From contig NIVC01002591.1 of NCBI GenBank assembly GCA_002269645.1, positions 127,447 to 159,379 of the forward strand: 31,933 nucleotides of DNA. The letters are read 5' to 3'. Made by a program: the position numbers and the translations under genes. Under the pieces are notes generated by a model. It ran no database searches. It saw only the letters and a program-made list of their open reading frames with translations, and was not told where the DNA came from. Shown here piece after piece: positions 12,801 through 30,465 of this stretch; position 1 is the stretch's first letter; every line of letters begins with the position of its first letter. The stretch is from Macrostomum lignano. Its lineage: Eukaryota.

Positions 12801-13868
12801 GGATTGCCGCGGACTTGGAATTTCGATCAGAGATGCCAAAGTAAAAGGGATAAATACTAAGCTGGGGTTGGCAAACTCCGGCCTGAGGGCCAAATGTGGC
12901 CCGCAAAGCCTCTCTATCTGGCCCTTGGGTCCTTTGAATCTTCACAATAGCAATCCGGCCCGCTCGATGTTTTTGTCTTTCTCTTCCCTCATCTCTCTCT
13001 TCTCATATTCTCCTTTCCTCTCATGTCCTCTCCTCACCTCTCTTCTCTCCTCTCATCTCACCTATCTCCTCTCCTTCCTATCCTATCCTCTCCTCTCGTC
13101 TCCTCAACTCTCTCCTGTCCTTTCATCTCCTCACAGCTCTCTCCTCTTCTCTAATCTCCCGTTTCCTCTCCATTCTCTTCTCCCTTCCCTCCTCTCTCAT
13201 GTCCTTTTCTCCTCTCTCATATATTTCGACTCTCCTCTCCTCATTCATCTCCCCTCTCCTCTCCTATTTTATCTCTCTTCTCGTCTACTCTCTTCTCCTT
13301 TATTCATTCGCCTCTCCTTTCTCCTGCGCTCGTATTTCTCTTCTCTATTCCCTATCCTCTCTTCCTATAGCCCGCAGTCATCAGAGACTTTCGCTTCGTT
13401 TTCGCGCGTTTCGCTTATGGGGCCCAGCGAAGCGGACCCAGAAGGGCAGTCATGAGCTGCTCTGAATCTGGCCCTTGAGGTAAAAAGTTTGCTGACCCCT
13501 GCACTAAAAGCACTAGGCTTAGGCACATTAGATAAAAACTGTAGTGGAATGGGATTGAGAACATGAACTATTATATCAGCTGGTTACCCTAGCTTCCAAG
13601 ACTCAGAAAAGCCAAAGCCGAAGACCGGCCGACACTAGCTTGAAATTCAAAAAGGGCACTTGCAGCTCCAGCCCCCCAATGCCCTCCCCTCCCCCCCGGT
13701 CCCGACACCCCTGGAAATGTGGTTCATTCATATTGTGGTAGAATATTATTGAGGCTCCTGGGTGTCTGACAACGGCAGTACTGGTAACGGATGCAGAATT
13801 AATAACTTACGAAGCACTAAGCTAACGATAGCTGCAATAGCCAGTAGACGCCATGCAGCGTTCTGCAT
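3740..13868 (-). CDS. MUC4-type transmembrane mucin (NIDO-AMOP-VWD-EGF), ~2226 aa; join(13811-13868, 8844-11816, 8634-8744, 8375-8491, 8148-8281, 7668-8057, 6584-7487, 5744-6498, 5204-5660, 4909-5094, 4529-4791, 4167-4359, 3740-3879)
   Basis: All 12 introns are GT..AG with matching phases, and the exons total 6681 nt (2227 codons including the stop). Domain order: signal peptide, PTS repeats, 3 EGF, NIDO (ISKDGYLSF...[18 protein letters not shown]), AMOP, GDPH-VWD, cadherin-like, 5 EGF, TM, short tail. One-to-one orthology to vertebrate MUC4 is not established, so no symbol is given. Confidence 0.9.
4167..4359 (-). CDS. Mucin exon 12: calcium-binding EGF and juxtamembrane linker
   Basis: [13 protein letters not shown]...NGACV; ttcag acceptor, GTGAGT donor, phase 0 to 1. 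Confidence 0.9.
4529..4791 (-). CDS. Mucin exon 11: two calcium-binding EGF domains
   Basis: DTNEC...LCE and DIDEC...ECE; GTAAGG donor. Confidence 0.93.
4909..5094 (-). CDS. Mucin exon 10: end of one EGF plus a full EGF
   Basis: [30 protein letters not shown]...GDGQVCE; GTAAGA donor. Confidence 0.92.
5204..5660 (-). CDS. Mucin exon 9: post-VWD helix and cadherin-like domain
   Basis: APEFN...[13 protein letters not shown]...[11 protein letters not shown]; multiple NxS/T sites; phase 0 to 1. Confidence 0.9.
5744..6498 (-). CDS. Mucin exon 8: von Willebrand D domain with GDPH motif
   Basis: [24 protein letters not shown]...[19 protein letters not shown]...FGQSW; GTAAGT donor. Confidence 0.95.
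6584..7487 (-). CDS. Mucin exon 7: NIDO C-terminal half and AMOP domain
   Basis: [23 protein letters not shown]; CKKW...[14 protein letters not shown]...RCCY...YKKFRP...PAWG; GTGAGC donor. Confidence 0.92.
7668..8057 (-). CDS. Mucin exon 6: NIDO N-terminal half with Tyr/Cys-rich insert
   Basis: ISKDGYLSF...VFPYW...LIVTW; 390 nt, phase 0 to 0; GTAAGA donor. Confidence 0.9.
8148..8281 (-). CDS. Mucin exon 5: pre-NIDO segment
   Basis: [45 protein letters not shown]; phases match both neighbours. Confidence 0.85.
8375..8491 (-). CDS. Mucin exon 4: calcium-binding EGF
   Basis: [39 protein letters not shown]; phase 1-1 EGF exon. Confidence 0.93.
8634..8744 (-). CDS. Mucin exon 3: EGF
   Basis: [36 protein letters not shown]; phase 1-1. 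Confidence 0.93.
8844..11816 (-). CDS. Mucin exon 2: PTS (mucin) domain and first EGF
   Basis: 2973-nt open frame extending 128 nt upstream of the ORF-track ATG to the acceptor cccaaacag. Ends ...GSLCEI followed by GTAAGT. Confidence 0.9.
9055..9468 (-). repeat. Coding 18-bp repeat, 23 units (QSTAAP / QSSSDP)
   Basis: Units counted from the translation of exon 2. Confidence 0.95.
9478..11733 (-). repeat. Coding 48-bp repeat, 46 regular units plus 1 lead-in unit (GPQPSTAE[P/Q]QS-DSTPS/DPTPT/YPPST)
   Basis: 11685 to 9478 is 2208 nt, exactly 46 x 48, with no indels. Confidence 0.97.
12194..12341. mobile_element. hAT-type MITE, 148 bp
   Basis: TIRs CAGGAGCGTAG / CTATGCCCCTG (9 of 11 match); 8-bp TSD CTATACTC / CTATGCTC (7 of 8). 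Confidence 0.75.
12405..13713. mobile_element. Non-autonomous hAT element, 1309 bp including a nested insertion
   Basis: TIRs CAGTGGTGTCGGAAC / GTCCCGACACCCCTG (13 of 15 match); perfect 8-bp TSD GAAATGTG at 12397-12404 and 13714-13721. Confidence 0.9.
12862..13501. mobile_element. hAT-Charlie-like MITE nested in the previous element, with a CT-rich interior (~12970-13370)
   Basis: TIRs CTGGGGTTGGCAAACT / AGTTTGCTGACCCCTG (13 of 16 match). Subterminal GGCC...GGGCC motifs resemble MER58/Cheshire ends (from memory). TSD is degenerate (ACTAA core on both sides). Confidence 0.75.
13811..13868 (-). CDS. Mucin exon 1: signal peptide
   Basis: [22 protein letters not shown] followed by C|GTAAGT. Phase 1 joins exon 2 to give ...VLPIAAPATT. 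Too short for the ORF track. Confidence 0.78.
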
Positions 13869-14005
13869 GGGGGACGCTGCTTTTTGAAAGCGGACAATTT
13901 TGTTAAAACTGGATAGAGTTCGACGAATAAGCAGAAGCTGAAAGAATATAACTTGAGGCTGATTGTGCTGGAATAATTAATAGAACTTATCAAAGTGTGT
14001 CAGCA

Positions 14006-14013
14006 TTTATATA
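14006..14013 (-). promoter_or_regulatory. Candidate TATA box (TATATAAA) of the mucin gene
   Basis: About 140 nt upstream of the ATG. Motif only. Confidence 0.3.
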
Positions 14014-14710
14014 TACGTTGCTGCGTGCCCGCGGCAATGCATTTGATTGGGCGAACAAGGTGTTTTTAACACAATTACGACAGAAACACGAGATCAGCGG
14101 CATGCCAACTTGTACTAGGACATCCAGCTGCTGCCGCACGACAGGTTAGAGTGTTACGGTTTCGTAATTTCTTTTTTTAGCTAAAACTACATAATAGCTT
14201 CTTTAGACACTTACGCTTGTATAGACTGCCGAAAAGGGTATGGGTAGAGACTGAGAATCTCGGCACCTATCATTTTCTATTGCCCCATTGTCTTCACAAA
14301 TCTACGAATTTATACAATGTGCAGCCGCAGGCGCGCAGGCGAAGCATATAGTGAGAATCCAGTCAGGGTTGGCTGTATGATAAAAGTTTTATTTCTGTCA
14401 CACACACACTATTATATTTCAAATGGCGTGACAGACAGACAGTATGAGTTTCGAAAAGAGTTCACTAACAATTTGAAACTGGAATAATGGCACTCTGGAT
14501 AGGTGGACAGACACTGCCGATGAATACTTTGGCAAAAGACTGTGTAACTATAAAAAAGCTGGAAGTAGCTGAGCTTAACCACTTGTCTGAAACCCTAACT
14601 ACAATCTTTCTGCTTTTTTTTTAACAAAAGGGAACTCCATAGGGTGAAGTAGAATTAGAATGCTATAAGGTAGAATGATAGCAGACAGTAAAAGAAAATG
14701 AGAGACACGA

Positions 14711-14916
14711 CAGTGGCCAGAGGAAGAAAAGTGGGTGCAGGGTTGGGTGGTCATTGGTCACCTTTACCGGCGAATTTTTATAATCAAAGCAACGCATTAC
14801 GCTGAAATATCAGAAAAACTAATAAACAAAATTTATGGGGTCACCCCCGGATGGACGGGAGGGTGGTCACCCTGAGGCTGCAGCCCCATCTCCGCCCCCT
14901 CCCTGCGACGCCACTG
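14711..14916. mobile_element. Possible degraded MITE with CAGTGGC..GCCACTG ends
   Basis: Short inverted ends and repeated GGTCACC motifs inside, but no TSD match. Confidence 0.3.
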
Positions 14917-16067
14917 TCTGGGAAACTAAAGCTAGTTGAGGTCGGTTGGCATTGTAATATGCTTGCAATTTTGAAACAACGAGCTACATTGCGAAACAAA
15001 TCTGCAGATGCGAATGGGTTTTCAACCTTATTTTAAAAACAACGTTGAAACCTGTGTTTGCTTGAAAAAAAGCAATTTTTAAAAATAAATTTGAGCGGCA
15101 CTTTTTGGTTTCTTGGTTGACAATTGGTTAAGTTAGTGCTTATCTGCAATTAGCAAATTGGAAAGCTACAACTAGACTTGTATTTTTCAGACACTATGTT
15201 TTAAACATTTGTGTAGATAAAACAAAGAAACATACAAACAAACCTAATAAACAGAGAAGCCGACACACAAGGAAAAAAATAAAGCATGGGAGAGTGCGCC
15301 AAAATCATTATAAATAAATTCAGTTAGATTAACTAATTTTCAAATTCAAAGCTGAAAGCAACTTTTATCTAGTCTAATAAAAAACTGAAGAAGAATAGAA
15401 AGCCTAGAGGGCGAGGCATCGTTGCTTACTTTAGAAACTAAAAACTGCTACACAAAAGTATTTAGTGTTGTTGCTTTTCATCTTTGTTTGTGTTATATAT
15501 TTTACTACAATTTCACAAAATTTCCAGTTAAAATACGAGCGTAATAGGCCTATAGCTTGACCTCTTAGTTAGGTATTCAATATATAGTACGAGTAAAGCT
15601 GCTCTAACCAAACGCCAAAAACCACTTTCCGCTTAACCCATTTGTGTAATCAGTCTAGCACTAAAACACCATCAACCGCACCACAAGAACATTTAAACCG
15701 ATTCGCTTAAATCAAGCCTTTTTATCACATTTTATGATCCCGATGAGCCAACTACTCTAAGCGATAGTTCCAAACCCCCGATTAAAAAGCCTTAGTTCAA
15801 GTTAGACCCCGAGCCAAAACAACTGGACAGATGGGGTGTCTCGTGTTCAAGTCTGGATGCACTTTAACTGTGTTAAGTATTTAGTTCGCCTGAAGTTTTA
15901 AATCCTAATTTCTTATTATCAACTATATAGTATAGTAAAATGACATCATGGAAAACAAAACAGCGAAAAATTAAGTTGTGCTACTTGGAGTACAATAACG
16001 TAAACAGCTGATTAAAGTAACAACTTCAACAATACATTATACAAATATAAACGTCTTGCTACCGCAG

Positions 16068-16256
16068 TATTAGCAATCATGTTTGGGCGCAACCTAGGGA
16101 TTCACCCGGCCGTTTCTATAGGCAACACACACATGTAAGTCGCTATTGGACGGAATAGTAGTCACGTGACTGCTCTCAGCCAATAGCGACTTACATGCGT
16201 GTGTTGCCAATAGAAACGGCCGAGTGATTCCCAAGGTTGCGCATGTATTGCTAATA
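16068..16256. repeat. Long palindrome / foldback MITE-like element
   Basis: 63-bp arms at 16087-16149 and 16180-16242 with 5 mismatches; central AGTCACGTGACT; outer inverted pair TATTAGCAAT / ATTGCTAATA. Confidence 0.9.
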
Positions 16257-16762
16257 GCAATGCATATACAATTACGCTCGTAATGAATATTAGAATAGCA
16301 AATGTTTACAAAAAGAATTTAACGCATTACAGGACAGTTTTGTGGGCACTTTCGAAAAAATTATATATTTGCTAAGTTTCAAAGGTCAGAATTGAGACCA
16401 AAATTGCATTAGTGACTAAAAGAACTCGATGTTATCTATATATGAATATTTTACAGCGCAACAATTTGAAAACTGAAACTCCTGCAATTATAACAAAAAG
16501 AACTCAACAACTTCAACGAATGTTAGCAGAGAAATAAAAATTTACAGTAAAAATTTGATTTTTCTTATACTACTTATACTACTAATATAATAAGTAGTTA
16601 AAGTAAATAATTGAATCGAAATTGAACTAAGAAAACACTTATTTAAGGATTTGATTAAGCATTGCTTGCTATTTTAAACAAACCGTCAGTATTATATATA
16701 GTTTGAGTTACAGTTAGTTAACCCTGCCAGCAATTCACTCGGCACACTAGTTCGGCCGTTCG

Positions 16763-26178
<9,416 letters not shown>

Positions 26179-27333
26179 GAATTCAGTTATACAGACTAAT
26201 TAAAAAAGGTAATGTTAATATGAATAATTATATTAATAGACTATATATGTGTATGTAGGTAGGCCTAGGCGTTTTGATTTTGAAAGACGAAATGTCGAAT
26301 GACGCAGTTAGTCTTGATATTAGTGCTAGAAAAACTAACAAAACATTAATAGTAGCCTTGGGAGCAATTTACAAAAATATTATTTGTTCTATCTATGATG
26401 CGCAATGCCGTAATAAGTAGAGCTAAGCCTACAGATACACAAGCAAAATCAATTACCTAATTCATTCAATCTCTTCATTCTAAAAAGAAAACATTTTCTG
26501 TTTTTAAATTGGAAAATAAAGATCAGCTGTTTTTCTCTATATTTTGGAAGGTGTCGTTAAAAACGAAATGTCCAACTACGCGGGAGGGTAATGTTAGAAA
26601 ACATGCTGATGCTCCCTTAAGCAAACAAGGATCTTAAGCTGAACTTAATTTTTTCTACATTTAGGAATGTTAAATATCTTTTTTGTCTATGTTTTAATGT
26701 TTCTGGTGATTTTCTTAGTTATTATCCCAGCTCATACATAAAAAATAATTAATTTGCTTCAAAATGTTCTTCGCGATTATGAGCTACCTGAGATTATCCT
26801 TGAGCTACCCAGTAACTTCTGCGAAGCTTACCATGCTGCTCAATCGTCTTTGATTTGCCTGACCGAATTGCGTAAGCAGGATGTGAAACAAAAGCAACCT
26901 ACGGGTACTAAATATCACTTTAAAGCTAAACCCAAAATCAGTTGCATCAAAAGAAATTTAATTTAATCACTTCCGTTTGCTTTTCCTTGTCTCGTTCCCT
27001 TGACATCGTAAAGTGGATACGTCTAAAAATAAGAATTAATTAGGAGTAATTTTTTATGACAAAACATCTAATTACTGCATTACGTGATTCGTGCTTCTTC
27101 ACATCCTACGATCGTAAATACATGTACGTGTAGAACATGTAGAATCAGTAGTACACTGGAAGAGGTTAGCATCCTCTGCTATACATGTACGAGCTATATG
27201 TAAATATGTACTTAAAGATTAAAATGAAGCACAAAAGGGGAACCTTGTAAGTACGTTACGTACAATTTTGAAAATAAAGGCAAGACCTTTGAAGAATCGA
27301 ATTTACACGTATAGTTAAGTTACGATCGCATCT

Positions 27334-27339
27334 TTTATT
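27334..27339 (-). terminator. Candidate AATAAA polyadenylation signal of ICT1
   Basis: About 140 nt downstream of the stop codon. Motif only. Confidence 0.45.
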
Positions 27340-27480
27340 TGCTCGGCACAAGTTACAGCCTACTTTTTACAGCTGTACAAGTAAACACGGCAAATATAAG
27401 ATAATCAAAATACGCAAATTAATGTACTCGAATATGAATCGAAGTAGCTATAATATTTTAATGCACAATGAAAAACGGTT

Positions 27481-28204
27481 TTACGCCCAGTCAGTGGACC
27501 CTCCTCCTCTACGCGACACCTTGTCCATCGATCGGCGACTTTTACCGGCTAGCCGACGCTCCGTTGCAAGCTGACGGCGCCGGGCTAGCGCCGCTGACAC
27601 CTCAGGTGATGGCGGCGGCCGCGGCCGCAAGGCAGCTTCAGCTTGGCGAATAAATGTGCGAAGTTTGTCCAGACAGTCGGTCTGGTTAAGCACCTGGCGT
27701 TTGGTTCGCTCCGAGGTCACTATGAGCCAGTCGGATTTGTTGACTCGGCTGGCCTAGTTTAATTATGAGTATAAATTCATTGTAAAAATAAGAGTATGCA
27801 TATTTACAACCAAATGTACGACGTAAGGTTAAGACGATTAATATTTTATTTAAGACGACTGCTCCCATTCTGAGACAACTAATAACCCTGCTCACCTGCA
27901 TCGACCTAATTTGAGCTTTCACCGGTTCGCTAATAAAAGTTGCGCTACTCAAGTGCAGTCGCACTTCAACTTTACTCTGCGTCTTGTTGACATGCTGACC
28001 GCCCGGCCCACCGGAAGTCATATGACTCACTCGCACCTGTTCCATAGGAATTATGCCATTAAATTTGTCATTTTCAACGCGATCATCGTTGTCACCTTCT
28101 CGACTGCAGAGGCGTCGGCAGAGACTGCGCAGCGGAATAGCTGGCACAATGGCGCCGCCACGCACTAGAGCTGAGGCTAATGTCAGGTTAATGAGGCCAG
28201 GCAT
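27481..28204 (-). CDS. ICT1: Peptidyl-tRNA hydrolase ICT1 / mitoribosomal mL62 (MRPL58), 193 aa; join(27896-28204, 27481-27753)
   Basis: Class I release-factor motif SGGPGGQHVNKTQSKVEVR; second exon with SER..Q..N..DCLDKLR; basic C-terminal tail; Arg-rich amphipathic N-terminus consistent with mitochondrial targeting; 142-nt phase-0 GT..AG intron. Confidence 0.95.
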
Positions 28205-28317
28205 GGGGATTATTAAGTGCAGTAGTGGATCATAACACTGTAACCATTTCCGACGCCGAATGCGGTTAAATTTTATAAAGTTATATTTATCCTCAGTTTG
28301 CACGACCCTTTATGGCG

Positions 28318-29024
28318 AATATACAGGGTTGTTTGTAGCTAATATGCAGGGTTGTTTACAGAACTTACAGGCCTGTTTATAGCTAATATAGGGTTATTTA
28401 TAGCTAATATACAGGGCTGATTATAGCTAATATACAGGGTTGTTTATAACTAATATACAGCGTTGTTTATAGCTTATATAAAAGGGTTGTTTATAGCTAA
28501 TATACAGGGTTGTTTATAATATTGCTGTTTAGTAATAAATTTGTATTAAATTTGTATTAATTAGTTGTTTTAGTTGTAATTAGTTGTAATTATTTGTAAT
28601 AATTAGTATTAGTATTAGTATTAATTTGTATTAAATTAAATTTGAGGTGTCTTAAATTTGTTTATAACTAATATACAGGGTTGTTTATAGCTAATATACA
28701 GGGTTGTTTATCGCTAATATACAAGGGTTGTTTATAGCTAATATACAGGGTTGTTTATCGCTAATATACAGGGTTGTTTATCGCTAATATACAGGGTTGT
28801 TTATAGCTAATATACAGGGTTGTTTATAGCTAATATACAGGGTTGTTTATAGCTAATATACAGGGTTGTTTATCGCTAATATACAAGGGTTGTTTATAGC
28901 TAATATACAGGGTTGTTTATCGCTAATATACAAGGGTTGTTTATCGCTAATATACAGGGTTGTTTATAGCTAATATACAGGGTTGTTTATCGCTAATATA
29001 CAGGGTTGTATAACTAATATACAA
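28318..29024. repeat. 23-bp minisatellite, consensus TATACAGGGTTGTTTATAGCTAA, ~25 units, split by an AT-rich insert (~28520-28660)
   Basis: Period 23 with occasional 24-bp units (extra A). Confidence 0.96.
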
Positions 29025-29644
29025 TTTATAAGGCTAACAAATCTATGAAACTATAACAAATCATATAGTAAACATGCCGATGATTTTTCAATTCTAATGA
29101 GTGTTAGTTGCGATTCTCTTTAGGTCTCTAATATATGTATCAGTTTAGCTAGTATTATTTTTCAGCAATAATAAAACAAACTAAATAACAAGTTAGCTTT
29201 GGAAGCATTCAACAAAACGCAAATTATTAACGCGCTGCCTAGAAGTGGTGGCAGTAAGTCAGCTTTGAGACAACTCGTCTGTTGTATTAATACTACTAAT
29301 AGTAAGAGTGCAAAATGGACAGAAAAAACTGGTTTTTATCGAGTCGAGAGTAAAGACAAATCTAAGTTATTTAAGTCTAAACAATAGTAGATTATATGTA
29401 AATAAAAAACGAAAATACACAAAATCTGTTCTGTAGTTCCATTGAAACCAAAATAGAACAAGCATAAGTACAAAAAATAGTTGTTTTAAAATATTTATTA
29501 CATTTAAAAGTGTGGAAAATAGTGCAGCAAATATCGACGATAGAAAGTCTCTATCAAAGTGGGAATGTTACTAAATTTAAATAAAAAACAGCAAAAAAAC
29601 ATAGCAGACTACTATAATATAAAAATAATTATAGTTACCAGATG

Positions 29645-29650
29645 TTTATT
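29645..29650 (-). terminator. Candidate AATAAA polyadenylation signal of the SAM-domain gene
   Basis: About 225 nt downstream of the stop at 29873. Motif only. Confidence 0.4.
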
Positions 29651-29872
29651 TACAACAGTGGAAAATTGCACTAATTATCGATAGCGATATGACGGAATTG
29701 TCGGATTAATATACAGCAATAAGTCAAAACAATCAGAGGACACTACTCAGTAGTAATAAGTCTAGTTTATAAGACAACTTGTCATGATAAAACGGTTATT
29801 TACATATAAAAAATGATATAAAAATATTCAGCTCCGCTGTAGCAAGTTAATGAATCAGTTAGTGGTGTCAGA

Positions 29873-30465
29873 TCAGATCATGGTGTCCCTGTAGGGCGCT
29901 AAACGCACAGGCGACACGGCACCCAAACTGAGGCGATGATTCTTTCTATTCCTACTATCCTGATGAGAATTATTGTCGCCGCTATTGTTCTGATTATTAT
30001 TCGGCTCCTTGTCGTGATTGTGCCGCCTCGGCACTACGGGTGGTTGCTTGTGACGCGATTGTTGCTGATGCTGCTGAGAAGGCTGCTGCTCAGTGAAGGT
30101 CATTGTGCTCAAATCGACCAGATGCTGTTCCTCATCTTCCTCATCGACGCCAGAGGAGTTGTCGTGTCCTGCACGTGCAGGAAGTGCAGCAGCAACGGTG
30201 GCGGCGATGACGACCGACTGCCTGGAGGCGCCGCCGCTCACAATAGACGAGCCGGAAGCGCCGCTGATGACGCAATCTTCAATTTCGTCTGGTCGCATTG
30301 CGAGACTCTCGCGCACCAATCTGTCCATGTCGGCCAGGGCATCCGCGACAGTGCTTGATTGCTGCTGCTGGTGATGATGCTTCACAGCATCCGATAGCAG
30401 GTGCTGCCAGTCAGACGACCAAACTAGCAGGGCTCCGTGTAGACCGGAGGTGTCATCTGTGACGC
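29873..30465 (-). CDS. Terminal exon of the liprin/kazrin-like gene: end of SAM3, low-complexity tail, C-terminal ...RDTMI
   Basis: Intact open frame after the acceptor cattttag. The C-terminal T-x-I fits a class I PDZ-binding motif. Confidence 0.85.

Noticed and set aside
12772-13465. 227-aa Ser/Leu/Pro-rich ORF
   Set aside because: Translation of the CT-rich interior of the nested MITE.
26790-26870. Spliced-leader RNA gene look-alike (GCATG|GTAAGC with a downstream ATTTTGA)
   Set aside because: It lacks the 5' CCGT..ACGG stem I recall for flatworm SL exons, and the Sm-like site is weak. It is better read as a possible 5' UTR donor.
28205-28303. Upstream extension of the ICT1 ORF (MQTEDK...)
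   Set aside because: It starts at a non-ATG codon in AT-rich sequence. The ATG at 28204 directly precedes a plausible mitochondrial presequence.
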